Shown: piece after piece, positions 17,349 to 27,249 of the stretch
How positions within the stretch are numbered: the first letter of the stretch is position 1
How the letters are laid out: each line of letters starts with the position of its first letter
Source of the DNA: Idiomarina loihiensis L2TR
GTDB taxonomy: Bacteria; Pseudomonadota; Gammaproteobacteria; Enterobacterales; Alteromonadaceae
Direction of reading: 5' to 3'
NCBI RefSeq assembly: GCF_000008465.1
Contig: NC_006512.1
Location: forward strand, 1,350,001-1,382,000
DNA length: 32,000 bases
Position numbers and translations under genes: made by a program
The notes under the pieces: model-generated
What the model saw: only the letters and a program-made list of their open reading frames with translations
Told to the model about the DNA's origin: nothing
Database searches by the model: none

Positions 17349-19940
17349 ATGACACAATTACCAAAGGCTAAATATCGTAAAGATTATCAGGAACCTGAAT
17401 TCACAATAACGGATGTCGATTTAACTTTTAATCTTCATCCAACAGAAACTCGGGTAACGAGCGTCTTAAAAGTTGTACGGCAAGGCGATCATACAAAGCC
17501 TTTGGTACTCGACGGGGAACAACTCACCTTACTGAGCTTAAAAGTCGATGGTGAAGACGTTGCTGAGGATTCATATGAATGCAATGAGCACAGCCTTTCA
17601 CTTAATACTTCGCTCAAGGCGTTTACCCTTGAAATTGAAAATAGCGTTAACCCGACGGCTAATGAGGCGCTTGAAGGCCTGTACCTGGCTGAAAACACCT
17701 TCTGTACGCAGTGCGAAGCAGAAGGCTTCCGACGCATCACTTATTACCCCGATCGGCCTGATGTTCTGGCAAAATTTACAACCACAATTATTGCCGATAA
17801 AGCAGAGTTTCCATACTTATTATCAAATGGTAACCGCATAAAGCAGCTGGATCTTGATAACGGAAAGCATATGGCAACCTGGCAGGACCCGTTTCCTAAG
17901 CCTTGCTATCTGTTTGCTCTTGTCGCGGGTAATTTCGATGTATTACGTGACGAATTTACTACCCGGGAAGGGCGTACCGTTGATTTAGAGCTTTTTGTCG
18001 ATAAAGGCAACCTGGACAGAGCTGATCATGCCATGTTATCGCTTAAGAATGCGATGAAGTGGGACGAGGAGCGTTTCGACCTGGTCTACGATCTGGATAT
18101 TTATATGATTGTAGCCGTCGACTTCTTCAATATGGGCGCCATGGAAAACAAAGGCCTGAACGTTTTCAATGCGAAGTACGTTTTGGCTAATCCCGCGACG
18201 GCAACCGATCAGGACTTTCTTAACGTTGAATCCGTTATTGGTCACGAATATTTCCACAACTGGACTGGCAACCGCGTGACGTGCCGCGACTGGTTTCAAC
18301 TGAGCTTAAAGGAAGGGCTGACTGTTTTCCGCGATCAGGAGTTCAGTTCAGATCTCGGCTCCAGAGCCGTCAACCGCATTCAGGACGTCCGCGTTATTCG
18401 CAGCCACCAGTTCGCTGAAGATGCCGGACCCATGGCGCATCCGATTCGACCGGATAAAGTTGTTCAAATGAATAACTTTTATACGGTTACGGTCTATAAC
18501 AAAGGCGCCGAAGTTATTCGGATGATCCACACCTTATTGGGAGAATCCGGTTTTCAGAAAGGTATGAAGCTTTATTTTGAGCGTCACGATGGTAAGGCTG
18601 TAACCTGTGAAGATTTCGTTCAGGCTATGGAAGATGCAAACGGCGAAGACTTCAGTCGATTCCGTCATTGGTACTCGCAGGCAGGAACGCCGGTTGTTAC
18701 AGCGGAGCAGTCTTACGATAAAGACGCGAAACAACTGACCTTGGTGCTCAAACAGGAAACAGCGTCTACTCCCGGACAAGAGCAAAAGGCACCTTTCCAT
18801 ATTCCGGTTAAATGGTCAGCCTATAGCGAGCAGGGCGCAGAACTGTCATTAAGTGATAATAATTTATTGCACTTAAAAGAGAATGAATCGACTTTTACCT
18901 TTGATAATGTTGTGGAGAAACCCATTTTATCTTTATTCGATAATTTCTCTGCGCCAGTTAAAGTAAAACGCACCATAAGCGATGACGAATTGCGGGTACT
19001 GCTGGCTCATAGCAAAGATGACTTTAGTCGTTGGGATGCGGCACAGTCGTTGTTTACCCGAATGATAGAAAAGGGAATTAATGATGATTCCGCTATCGAA
19101 TTATCAGCACAAACGATTGATGCATGCAGGAACTTGCTTCAGGCCAATACAGATCCGGCACTAAAAGCTCTGGCCTTAACACTGCCTTCAGCCTCAACGA
19201 TTGCTGATAATTATGAAACCATTCCGGTAGAAGCAATTAATACCCAGTTGAAGTCACTAAAAACACAACTGGCAGTTGCGCTCGAGAATGATTTCAGCCA
19301 GCTTCTGAGTGCCTGTAAGTCAGAAAAAGCCTACCAGTTAGTGGGTGATGAAATAGCCAAACGGCAACTGAAACAGGTTTGTTTAAGCTACTTAGCCGAA
19401 TTAGGCGACGCAGCGACCGATAAGTTGACAGAACAGTTTGACCAGGCCGATAACCTGACTGATCAACTGGGTGCAATGCAGGCCGGAGTGTGGGCTAATC
19501 ATTCTGCAGCCGAGTCTTTACTTAATAAGTTTGAGCAGCAATGGCGTGGCGAAAAACTGGTAATGGACAAGTGGTTCAGCACTCAGGCTCTTGCTAATAA
19601 CGAAGCTACGGTGGAGCGCGTTAAAGATTTAATGACGCACCCCGATTTCTCGTTAAAAAATCCAAACCGGGTGTATTCACTGCTTGCCGCGTTCACTCAG
19701 AATCAAGCTCAGTTTCATAAAGCTGACGGGGCAGGGTATGAACTGATAGGCTCAGTCATTCAACAACTGAATACCAGCAACCCTCAGGTTGCCTCAAGAC
19801 TGCTCTCTGCTTTTGTCAGTTGGCGCCGGTATGATGAGAATCGCCAGAAATTAATGCGGAATCAGCTTGAGTCTTTACGTCAATTGCCAAACCTGGCCAG
19901 TGACTTATTTGAAAAAATAGAAAGTTGTCTAACTGAATAA
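17349..19940 (+). CDS. pepN: Aminopeptidase N (M1 family)
   Basis: GAMEN exopeptidase motif, HEYFHNWTGNRVT...LSLKEGLT zinc motif (HExxH-18-E), 863 aa, and an AAGGAAG Shine-Dalgarno. Confidence 0.95.
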   Translation: MTQLPKAKYRKDYQEPEFTITDVDLTFNLHPTETRVTSVLKVVRQGDHTKPLVLDGEQLTLLSLKVDGEDVAEDSYECNEHSLSLNTSLKAFTLEIENSVNPTANEALEGLYLAENTFCTQCEAEGFRRITYYPDRPDVLAKFTTTIIADKAEFPYLLSNGNRIKQLDLDNGKHMATWQDPFPKPCYLFALVAGNFDVLRDEFTTREGRTVDLELFVDKGNLDRADHAMLSLKNAMKWDEERFDLVYDLDIYMIVAVDFFNMGAMENKGLNVFNAKYVLANPATATDQDFLNVESVIGHEYFHNWTGNRVTCRDWFQLSLKEGLTVFRDQEFSSDLGSRAVNRIQDVRVIRSHQFAEDAGPMAHPIRPDKVVQMNNFYTVTVYNKGAEVIRMIHTLLGESGFQKGMKLYFERHDGKAVTCEDFVQAMEDANGEDFSRFRHWYSQAGTPVVTAEQSYDKDAKQLTLVLKQETASTPGQEQKAPFHIPVKWSAYSEQGAELSLSDNNLLHLKENESTFTFDNVVEKPILSLFDNFSAPVKVKRTISDDELRVLLAHSKDDFSRWDAAQSLFTRMIEKGINDDSAIELSAQTIDACRNLLQANTDPALKALALTLPSASTIADNYETIPVEAINTQLKSLKTQLAVALENDFSQLLSACKSEKAYQLVGDEIAKRQLKQVCLSYLAELGDAATDKLTEQFDQADNLTDQLGAMQAGVWANHSAAESLLNKFEQQWRGEKLVMDKWFSTQALANNEATVERVKDLMTHPDFSLKNPNRVYSLLAAFTQNQAQFHKADGAGYELIGSVIQQLNTSNPQVASRLLSAFVSWRRYDENRQKLMRNQLESLRQLPNLASDLFEKIESCLTE

Positions 19941-19963
19941 TTATTTAAAGGTATTAACCAACG

Positions 19964-20191
19964 GTGATCATTGAGTATGTTTTTAACCTGAGTATGAGCT
20001 ATCAGGAGTTTTGCGATGTTTATTACAGCAAGGGTTATCAACAAATTGTAGTAACGACCGTTAACGGCACGCGGGTAGCACTACCCGCGGGGCGTTTAAT
20101 TCCTTTTATCGATAACCAGGGCGTGCGTGGACGCTTCCTTTTACAAGTTGATGAGCAGCAAAAGTTCGTGGGATTAAAACGGCTGACTTAG
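19964..20191 (+). CDS. Small DUF2835-like protein (tentative)
   Basis: 75 aa. FNLSMSYQEFCDVYYSKGYQQIVVTT.NGTRVALPAGRLIPFIDNQGVRGRFLL resembles DUF2835 as I recall it. The start is uncertain: GTG 19964 versus ATG 19994. Confidence 0.55.
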   Translation: MIIEYVFNLSMSYQEFCDVYYSKGYQQIVVTTVNGTRVALPAGRLIPFIDNQGVRGRFLLQVDEQQKFVGLKRLT

Positions 20192-20387
20192 AGTCCATTC
20201 ATTTAAACTAAATAGTTATATTATTTTACTTGCCATATCTGGTCTAAACACCTGTTTTTAGCGCGAATAAGCGTTGAAACGCCAGCGTAAATGTTCGACA
20301 ATAACATCAATCATATATTCTCTGGCCGTGGGCCGCATTTGGGCTTGCCTACGACGTTTCACCAACAACCTCAAGGACTCTGCAATT

Positions 20388-23300
20388 ATGTCGTTGGTCG
20401 ATAGTCAATCTCCGGTTTTACTGGAAAAAGTCGTTGAATTGATAAAAAAGAAAGTTCCCGCCTCTCAAGCGCACTTAGTAGCAGATTTTGCCAAGCGCTT
20501 ATATCGCAATATTGCCAGTGATGATTTAACGAACCGCCACGATAGTGATATGTATGGTGCGGTTTTGGGTTTATGGCACAGCTTTAATGAGTATAAACCC
20601 GGTGATAAAGCACTGATAAAAGTATATAACCCTGAAGTCCCGACGGACGGCTGGGAGTCTCCTCATACCATTATTGAAATTATTCAAAATGATATGCCAT
20701 TTATGGTCGACTCAGTGCGCATGGCGCTGGCTCGTCTGGGCATTACATCGCATTTATTACTGCATATGCCGTTGAGCCATAAACGGGACAAAAATAGCCA
20801 GGTTACTGAATTACAGAAACCGGGTACCCGTAGCGATGATAACTATGTCGACACGGTTTTTCTTATTGAAATAGACCGCCAAACCAGCAAGGAAGAGATA
20901 AAAACGTTAAAAAGTGAGCTGGTGTCGGTAATGGAAGAAATCAGTCTTGCTGTTGAAGACTGGCAGGCTATGCGTAAGCGTCTACAGACGGTTTCGGAGC
21001 AACTGGATCATGAATACTATCCGGGCTCAAAAAAAGAAAAGAAAGAAATTAAAGAGTTCTTACAATGGCTGGCCAATGATAACTTCACGTTAACCGGTTA
21101 CCGTTCCTATGAGCTAACTCCGGTGAAAGGCGACTACGAACTCAAACAGGTTAAAGACTCCAGTCTGGGGTTAATGAAAAACTCCGTTAGTGAAAAAGGA
21201 CGTTTGGTTTCCAGCTTACCGGAAGATGCGCGCGAAATAACGCACAACGAACGCCTGTTACTGTTGACCAAAACCAACTCGAAATCACGGGTTCATCGTC
21301 CAGCATACTCAGACTACATTGGTGTTAAACGCTTTAATGAAGACGGCGAAGTCATAGGTGAAGACCGCTTTATTGGTTTGTATTCGGCCAACTTCTATAA
21401 CAACAGTGCACGTGATATCCCGTTGGTGAGTGAGAAAATATCCCGCGTATTAGACATGTCAGGCTTTGCTCCGCAGTCTCACGCGGCTAAAGCACTGTTG
21501 AATATTTTAGAGACTTATCCTCGTGACGAAATTGTGCAGGCAGAAGAAGATGACTTACTAACTGTCGGTCTGGGCGTGTTGCAAATGCAGGAGCGCGACA
21601 TGACCCGCGCTTTTCTGCGCCGCGATATTTTCGGCCGCTTTATGTCGTGCATGGTTTATGTGCCAAAAGAGCGCTATAACACCTTGTTACGTCAACGAAC
21701 TCAAAGTGTGTTGGCGCGTACATTGAAAACCGAATACGACGTCGACTTTACCACTTATTTTTCAGAGTCTTCGTTAGCAAGAACACATTATACCGTGCGT
21801 TTGAGCGAAGACCATCAGGATGTGAACGTGAAAGAATTAGAACAGAACTTAATTGAAGCGGCCCGCACGTGGGAAGACAACTTCGAACGTATTTTGCAGT
21901 CCACTTTCGGGGAAGCAAATGCTACCCGTTTAAACAAACGATACGCTACGGCATTTCCCCGTGCGTATAAAGAAGACGTTTTACCGTCGGTAGCAATTTC
22001 AGACATAAAACAACTGGAATCGTTAAATGACGAACATAAACTGGGTATGGTGTTATACCGTGCTCAGGAAGAAAAAGACGACAGTAAACATCTGCACTTG
22101 AAGCTGTTCCATAAAGACGAACCGATTCATCTGTCGGACGTACTGCCGATGCTCGAGAACTTCGGGTTACGGGTTATTGGCGAAAGCCCTTACCAGATTA
22201 AAACGGGCGACGGTGATGTGTACTGGGTTCTTGATTTCCACATGCTTCACACTGCAGGCTCGTTGAATCTGGAAGAGAGTCGTGAAACCTTCCAGGAAGC
22301 CTTTGCGTTAGTCTGGAACGGTAAATTAGAAGACGACGGCTTTAACCGCTTGGTACTAGGTGCCGGCATGAATGGCCGTCAGGCCACTATTTTGCGTATG
22401 TTTGCGAAATACATGCGTCAAATTGGCACCACATTCAGCCAAAGCTACATAGAGAGTACGTTCAGTAAGTATCCTCTGCTGGCCAAGCTGGTTGTGAAGA
22501 TGTTTTACAGCAAGTTTGAACCGGGTACAAAAGGTGTTGAGAAAAAGCTTGAAGCACTTCATACCCGTATTAATACCGAGTTGGACAACGTTGCCAACCT
22601 TGACGATGACCGTATTATTCGTCGCTATGTCGAACTGATTGATGCAGCTTTGCGTACCAACTTCTTCCAGAAAGACGAGCAGGGCAACGACAAACCTTAT
22701 ATTTCAGTTAAGTTCTTGCCTGAGCTGGTACCGGAAATGCCGTTACCGTTACCTAAGTTTGAAATTTTTGTTTACTCGCCGAAAGTCGAAGGTGTGCATC
22801 TTCGTGGCGGTAAAGTAGCTCGTGGTGGCTTGCGCTGGTCAGACCGTCGTGAAGACTTCCGCACCGAAGTACTTGGTCTGGTAAAAGCTCAGCAAGTGAA
22901 GAACACCGTTATTGTACCTGTGGGTGCAAAAGGCGGCTTTATTTGTAAAGCTTTACCGGAAGACAGAGAAGGCATGATGGCCGAGGGTAAAGAGTGCTAT
23001 AAAACCTTTATCCGTGCGTTACTGGACATTACCGATAACATCGTTGAAGGAGAAATTGTTCCTCCGAAAAGTGTTGTTCGCCGTGACGAAGACGACCCAT
23101 ACCTGGTTGTTGCCGCAGATAAAGGTACTGCAACTTTCTCTGATATCGCTAACGGTATTTCAGCTGAATATAACTTCTGGTTGGGTGATGCCTTTGCATC
23201 AGGCGGCTCAGTTGGCTATGACCACAAGAAAATGGGTATTACCGCTCGTGGTGCCTGGGAATCAGTTAAACGCCATTTCCGCGAAATGGGTATCGATTGC

Positions 23301-25235
23301 CAAACCACAGACTTTACCTGTGTTGCCATTGGTGACATGGGTGGCGATGTATTTGGTAACGGCATGTTGCTGTCCAAGCATACGCGCTTACAAGCGGCAT
23401 TTAACCACTTGCACATCTTTATTGATCCGGAGCCAGACGCTGCGAAATCCTGGGAAGAGCGTGACCGTTTATTCAAAATGCCGCGTTCAAGCTGGGATGA
23501 TTACAACCGCGAATTGATTTCAAAAGGTGGTGGCATCTTCAACAGAAGTGCTAAAGCGATTGAGCTAACGCCTGAAATTAAGAAAATGCTGGGTACCCAG
23601 AAAAAATCAATGACACCGAATGATTTGATCAAAGCCTGCTTAACGATGGAAGTTGATCTTATCTGGAATGGTGGTATCGGTACTTACGTTAAAGGCAAAG
23701 CCGAAACCGACAGCGATGTTGGTGACCGCGCTAACGATGCGTTGCGCGTTAACGGTCGCGAGCTGAACGCGAAAATTATCGGTGAGGGCGGCAACTTAGG
23801 CTTTACCCAGTTAGGCCGTATTGAATTTGCACAAAACGGTGGACGAGTTAATACCGACTTTGTCGATAACGTGGGTGGCGTGGACTGCTCAGATAACGAA
23901 GTTAATATTAAAATCTTACTTAACGGTTTAGTTAACAGTGGCGATCTGACGAAGAAGCAACGCGATAAACTGCTTTACGATATGACCGACGATGTCGCGA
24001 AAATTGTTCTTGATGACTGTAACAGACAAACACAGTCAATTTCGGTAACAGCATTGCGTGGCACCGATCAAGTTAAAGAATACACGCGGTTTATTCATCA
24101 CCTTGAGCGCGAGCATTCGTTGAATCGTCAGCTTGAGTTTTTACCTGATGATGATGAGTTAGTTGAGCGTCAAGCAACGAACCAGGGCTTAACACGTCCG
24201 GAGCTGTCTATTATTACGGCTTACGGAAAAATGGTTCTTAAAGAGCAGTTGATAACGGATGAAATCACAGAAGATCCGTACCACATGCGTGAACTTTTTG
24301 ACTCCTTCCCGGAGGCTTTACGTGAGCGTTTTGCTGACAGCATGGTATCTCATCCGCTGAAAGGTCAGATTATTGCCACTAAGCTCGCCAATAATATCGT
24401 TAACGATATGGGACCAAACTTTGTTTTCCGCAAGCAGGAGGCAACCGGCTCGACAGTTGCTGAAATAGCTTCTGCTTATGTCGTTGCCCGCGAGTGTTTT
24501 AAAGTTGAAGAGCTGTGGGAACAAATTGAGGCACTGAATAATAAAGTGCCTGCCGAAGTTCAGAATGAAGTTTTATTCCAGCTTCGTCGTATGGTTCGCC
24601 GCGCAACTCGTTGGTTCTTGCGTCATCGTAATCCAGCTCTGAGTGGCATTCAGGAGCACTTAGATTTCTACATGGGTGCATTTGACGACTTACGCGAGAA
24701 CAGCCTCAAGTATATGGTTGAAGACGAAGCTAAACTCATTCAAGAAACGATTGAGAAGTATAAAGAGCATGGCTTCCCTGCCAAGTTGGCAAAACAAATT
24801 GCGAGCCTGAGCACAGTATTTTCTGCCATGGATCTTGCTGAAGTTGCCAATGAAACAGGACAGTCGTTCAAGACGGTTGGTACGCTTTACTTCCGCCTGG
24901 GTGCGGAAATAAACTTACATTGGTTCTTAATACAAATTAATAACCAACCTGTGGCGAACCACTGGCAAGCCCTGGCAAGAGCGGCATTCCGTGAAGAGCT
25001 CGATTGGCAGCAACGTTCGTTAACTCAAGTTGTACTACGTTCAACACCAGACGTAAGCGACCCGGAAAAGATGATCAGCGAGTGGATAGAGCAAAACGAA
25101 GTGTTGTTATCTCGTTGGCAGCAAATGCTGTCAGACTTCCGTACAACGAAGAGCCACGAGTTTGCTAAATTCTCGGTCGCTTTGCGCGAGCTTATGCTGT
25201 TGAGCCACAACTGTGCACCTAAAGTGATCAGTTAA
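20388..25235 (+). CDS. gdhB: NAD-specific glutamate dehydrogenase, large (~180 kDa) bacterial type
   Basis: A ~1615-aa ORF with a central GDH catalytic core (KGGIRWSD-like [54 protein letters not shown]). I moved the start from the track's non-ATG 20274 to ATG 20388, with AAGGA about 10 nt upstream. Confidence 0.9.
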   Translation: MSLVDSQSPVLLEKVVELIKKKVPASQAHLVADFAKRLYRNIASDDLTNRHDSDMYGAVLGLWHSFNEYKPGDKALIKVYNPEVPTDGWESPHTIIEIIQNDMPFMVDSVRMALARLGITSHLLLHMPLSHKRDKNSQVTELQKPGTRSDDNYVDTVFLIEIDRQTSKEEIKTLKSELVSVMEEISLAVEDWQAMRKRLQTVSEQLDHEYYPGSKKEKKEIKEFLQWLANDNFTLTGYRSYELTPVKGDYELKQVKDSSLGLMKNSVSEKGRLVSSLPEDAREITHNERLLLLTKTNSKSRVHRPAYSDYIGVKRFNEDGEVIGEDRFIGLYSANFYNNSARDIPLVSEKISRVLDMSGFAPQSHAAKALLNILETYPRDEIVQAEEDDLLTVGLGVLQMQERDMTRAFLRRDIFGRFMSCMVYVPKERYNTLLRQRTQSVLARTLKTEYDVDFTTYFSESSLARTHYTVRLSEDHQDVNVKELEQNLIEAARTWEDNFERILQSTFGEANATRLNKRYATAFPRAYKEDVLPSVAISDIKQLESLNDEHKLGMVLYRAQEEKDDSKHLHLKLFHKDEPIHLSDVLPMLENFGLRVIGESPYQIKTGDGDVYWVLDFHMLHTAGSLNLEESRETFQEAFALVWNGKLEDDGFNRLVLGAGMNGRQATILRMFAKYMRQIGTTFSQSYIESTFSKYPLLAKLVVKMFYSKFEPGTKGVEKKLEALHTRINTELDNVANLDDDRIIRRYVELIDAALRTNFFQKDEQGNDKPYISVKFLPELVPEMPLPLPKFEIFVYSPKVEGVHLRGGKVARGGLRWSDRREDFRTEVLGLVKAQQVKNTVIVPVGAKGGFICKALPEDREGMMAEGKECYKTFIRALLDITDNIVEGEIVPPKSVVRRDEDDPYLVVAADKGTATFSDIANGISAEYNFWLGDAFASGGSVGYDHKKMGITARGAWESVKRHFREMGIDCQTTDFTCVAIGDMGGDVFGNGMLLSKHTRLQAAFNHLHIFIDPEPDAAKSWEERDRLFKMPRSSWDDYNRELISKGGGIFNRSAKAIELTPEIKKMLGTQKKSMTPNDLIKACLTMEVDLIWNGGIGTYVKGKAETDSDVGDRANDALRVNGRELNAKIIGEGGNLGFTQLGRIEFAQNGGRVNTDFVDNVGGVDCSDNEVNIKILLNGLVNSGDLTKKQRDKLLYDMTDDVAKIVLDDCNRQTQSISVTALRGTDQVKEYTRFIHHLEREHSLNRQLEFLPDDDELVERQATNQGLTRPELSIITAYGKMVLKEQLITDEITEDPYHMRELFDSFPEALRERFADSMVSHPLKGQIIATKLANNIVNDMGPNFVFRKQEATGSTVAEIASAYVVARECFKVEELWEQIEALNNKVPAEVQNEVLFQLRRMVRRATRWFLRHRNPALSGIQEHLDFYMGAFDDLRENSLKYMVEDEAKLIQETIEKYKEHGFPAKLAKQIASLSTVFSAMDLAEVANETGQSFKTVGTLYFRLGAEINLHWFLIQINNQPVANHWQALARAAFREELDWQQRSLTQVVLRSTPDVSDPEKMISEWIEQNEVLLSRWQQMLSDFRTTKSHEFAKFSVALRELMLLSHNCAPKVIS

Positions 25236-26239
25236 TGTACAACCTTATAAAGCCATTGTTGTTCCGCCAGGATCCCGAGAAAACGCACGAGTTAATGCTC
25301 GGGATCCTGAGTAAATGGCATCGCACACCGTTGTCGCTGTTCTGGAAGCAAAACGTAGCCAGCAAACCGGTTCGGGTTATGGGAATTGATTTCCCTAACC
25401 CAGTCGGTCTAGCGGCTGGTCTTGATAAAAACGCCGAGTGTATAGACGCATTTTCTCAAATGGGTTTTGGTTTTATCGAAGTTGGTACAGTGACACCTGT
25501 AGCTCAGCCGGGTAATGATAAACCTCGTTTATTCCGCTTGACCGAAGACGAAGCAATTATTAACCGCATGGGTTTCAACAACGATGGGGTTGATGAGCTT
25601 GTTAAGAATGTCAAAGCGTCTTCTTATAAAGGCGTGTTAGGCATTAATATCGGTAAAAACAAAAACACGCCGGAAGAGCAGGCCATTGATGACTACCTTG
25701 CGTGTCTGAATAAGGTTTATCCTTACGCAGACTATGTCACGATTAACATTTCATCTCCTAATACTCCGGGTTTAAGAAACCTTCAGCACGGCTCCAGTCT
25801 TGATGGCTTATTGTCCAGCCTTAAAACGGCTCAGCTGACTTTGGCAAAAGAGTATGAGCGCTACGTGCCGCTGGTGGTTAAAATAGCTCCGGATCTTGAA
25901 GATCATGAAGTGGAAGTTATGGCGCAGTCACTATTAAAGAATGAAATGGATGGCGTAATAGCAACCAACACAACTTTGTCGCGTGACGGACTGCAAAGCA
26001 GTCAGGCCGGCGAAGCAGGGGGCTTAAGCGGTAAACCACTTCAGGATAAAAGTACTCGAGTGATAGAGCTGTTATGTAAAACTTTGCAAAGAAAAATACC
26101 GGTTATAGGCGTTGGTGGCATTGATTCAGTTGAGTCAGCAGAGGCCAAACTCAAGGCTGGAGCGAGCCTGGTGCAAGTTTACACAGGGTTTATCTATCAA
26201 GGGCCTGGGCTAATTCGCTCAATTGTTAGTCACTTGTAA
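25235..26239 (+). CDS. pyrD: Dihydroorotate dehydrogenase (quinone), class 2
   Basis: [51 protein letters not shown] and GVGGI motifs are all present. The ATG overlaps the gdhB TAA by 1 nt (TAATG). Confidence 0.95.
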   Translation: MYNLIKPLLFRQDPEKTHELMLGILSKWHRTPLSLFWKQNVASKPVRVMGIDFPNPVGLAAGLDKNAECIDAFSQMGFGFIEVGTVTPVAQPGNDKPRLFRLTEDEAIINRMGFNNDGVDELVKNVKASSYKGVLGINIGKNKNTPEEQAIDDYLACLNKVYPYADYVTINISSPNTPGLRNLQHGSSLDGLLSSLKTAQLTLAKEYERYVPLVVKIAPDLEDHEVEVMAQSLLKNEMDGVIATNTTLSRDGLQSSQAGEAGGLSGKPLQDKSTRVIELLCKTLQRKIPVIGVGGIDSVESAEAKLKAGASLVQVYTGFIYQGPGLIRSIVSHL

Positions 26240-26260
26240 TGGTTAAGTGACTTTAGTATC
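26229..26260 (+). terminator. Weak hairpin spanning the pyrD stop codon; possible leaky terminator
   Basis: GTCACTT-gtaatggtt-AAGTGAC forms a 7-bp stem and is followed by tttagtatctt, which is an interrupted T tract only. Confidence 0.25.
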
Positions 26261-26303
26261 TTATCGCAAAGCTTAAATTCTTCTAATAATAAAGGCTAAC
26301 ATC

Positions 26304-26858
26304 GTGGAATCGGAATCCCATTGGTTATGGTTATTCAATACAGAAAGCGGCAAGCTTAGCGTTAAGCTAAGTGATACCGACGTATTTGATACGCCTTACA
26401 AACCGAGTCAGCTAGTCAATATTCACTTTAATGAACAAATGATGGATATTGAAGACGCGACAACTTTCCAAATCGTTAGTGAAACATTAGAGGCTTACCC
26501 TGCAGATAAAATGCCTTGTGCACCGCAAAACGCAGCTCTTAATGCAACTGCCTGGTGTCGCTTTGGTCGTCCTCAAATGCCACAGAGTTGGCATTTTCAA
26601 AAATCTGATATTAGCGAATGGCCGTTAGAGCGGCGTTTATGCGAATTGAACTCAGGTTTTGATCAGGGGCTGTTCTTAATTCTTGATACCGATGATGAAT
26701 TTGCGACTTGCTTACTATTAAGTGAGGGCATGCAGCTTTCTGCGATTAAATCGCTGCGTCAGTACCATGTCATTAAAGTCACCTTAAACCGCTTGTTACC
26801 GGCAACCGTCGATTTAGCTTTGTCAGCTCAGTCTAACTGGGGACAACAGTTGGCGTAG
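26304..26858 (+). CDS. zapC: Cell division protein ZapC
   Basis: WLW...FGRPQMPQSWHFQ parallels E. coli ZapC (YLKPQMPKSWHF). The position directly after pyrD matches E. coli. The start is GTG. Confidence 0.8.
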   Translation: MESESHWLWLFNTESGKLSVKLSDTDVFDTPYKPSQLVNIHFNEQMMDIEDATTFQIVSETLEAYPADKMPCAPQNAALNATAWCRFGRPQMPQSWHFQKSDISEWPLERRLCELNSGFDQGLFLILDTDDEFATCLLLSEGMQLSAIKSLRQYHVIKVTLNRLLPATVDLALSAQSNWGQQLA

Positions 26859-26882
26859 TGGCTTTAAATATAAAGCTTGCGT
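26856..26882. repeat. Left arm of an imperfect inverted repeat bracketing the tRNA-fMet cassette
   Basis: It contains ataaagcttgcg (26870-26881), the exact reverse complement of cgcaagctttat at 27087-27098. It also forms a local AT-rich hairpin, gcttta-aata-taaagc (26861-26876), just after the zapC stop. Confidence 0.5.
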
Positions 26883-26970
26883 CTTAAGTCTATTTTCAGG
26901 CTTACTTGGGAATTTATTCAAAGAAAGAGTATTTAGCAGGAAGGCATTACTGAATTCTAATTCCGGACGT

Positions 26971-27047
<77 letters not shown>

Positions 27048-27062
27048 TCCGATTGAGAGCGC

Positions 27063-27091
27063 ATAGTATAGTCATAATTCGTGCCGCGCAA
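27063..27091 (-). promoter_or_regulatory. Candidate sigma70 promoter of tRNA-fMet with a GC-rich discriminator
   Basis: On the minus strand: TTGCGC (27091-27086), 17 nt, TACTAT (27068-27063), then GCGCTC. The predicted start is about 9 nt before the mature 5' end. A GC-rich discriminator is typical of stringently controlled stable-RNA promoters. Confidence 0.5.
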
Positions 27092-27111
27092 GCTTTATTT
27101 AAACCAACTGC
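27087..27111. repeat. Right arm of the imperfect inverted repeat bracketing the tRNA-fMet cassette
   Basis: cgcaagctttat is followed, after a 2-nt gap relative to the left arm, by ttaaaccaactgc. By hand alignment about 22 of 27 positions match. It overlaps the tRNA promoter -35. Confidence 0.5.
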
Positions 27112-27249
27112 ATAGTATTTATACAAATACGGTTTAACTGCTGTTTTATTAGTCATTCTCTATGTAATTCCCTTATTTCAGCTGGAATTACAGACAGCCA
27201 CTGAGCTCTCCGTTATAATTGTCCCCTTAATTTTTTAGGCGAAGTTTCT

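Noticed and set aside
20274-20387. 38-codon N-terminal extension of gdhB in the ORF track (MKRQRKCSTITS...)
   Set aside because: It has a non-ATG start with no Shine-Dalgarno, and the peptide is Cys/Arg/Ile-rich and unlike a protein N-terminus. The ATG at 20388 has AAGGA upstream and gives the expected MS.. start and length. When I hand-translated 20273-20345, I could not cleanly reproduce the track's frame, so I place no weight on this segment being coding.
23014-23517. 167-aa same-strand alternative-frame ORF inside gdhB
   Set aside because: It is embedded in the conserved catalytic core of the GDH gene. The translated sequence is of low quality (rich in Leu/Thr/Pro/Trp/Cys). There is no independent start context.
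26951-26970. GAATTCTAATTC / CCGGAATT segment just downstream of the tRNA 3' end, considered as a possible tRNA terminator
   Set aside because: The only possible stem (GAATT/AATTC) would enclose a 2-nt loop, and no T-run follows on the minus strand. It is not a credible intrinsic terminator, so the 3' end of the tRNA transcript remains undefined.
27214-27219. Perfect TATAAT about 30 nt upstream of the rlmL ATG, considered as its -10 element
   Set aside because: The best -35-like hexamer (TTACAG) is 20 nt away, which is too far, and there is no extended -10 TG. I could not support a full promoter call, so I did not list it as a feature.
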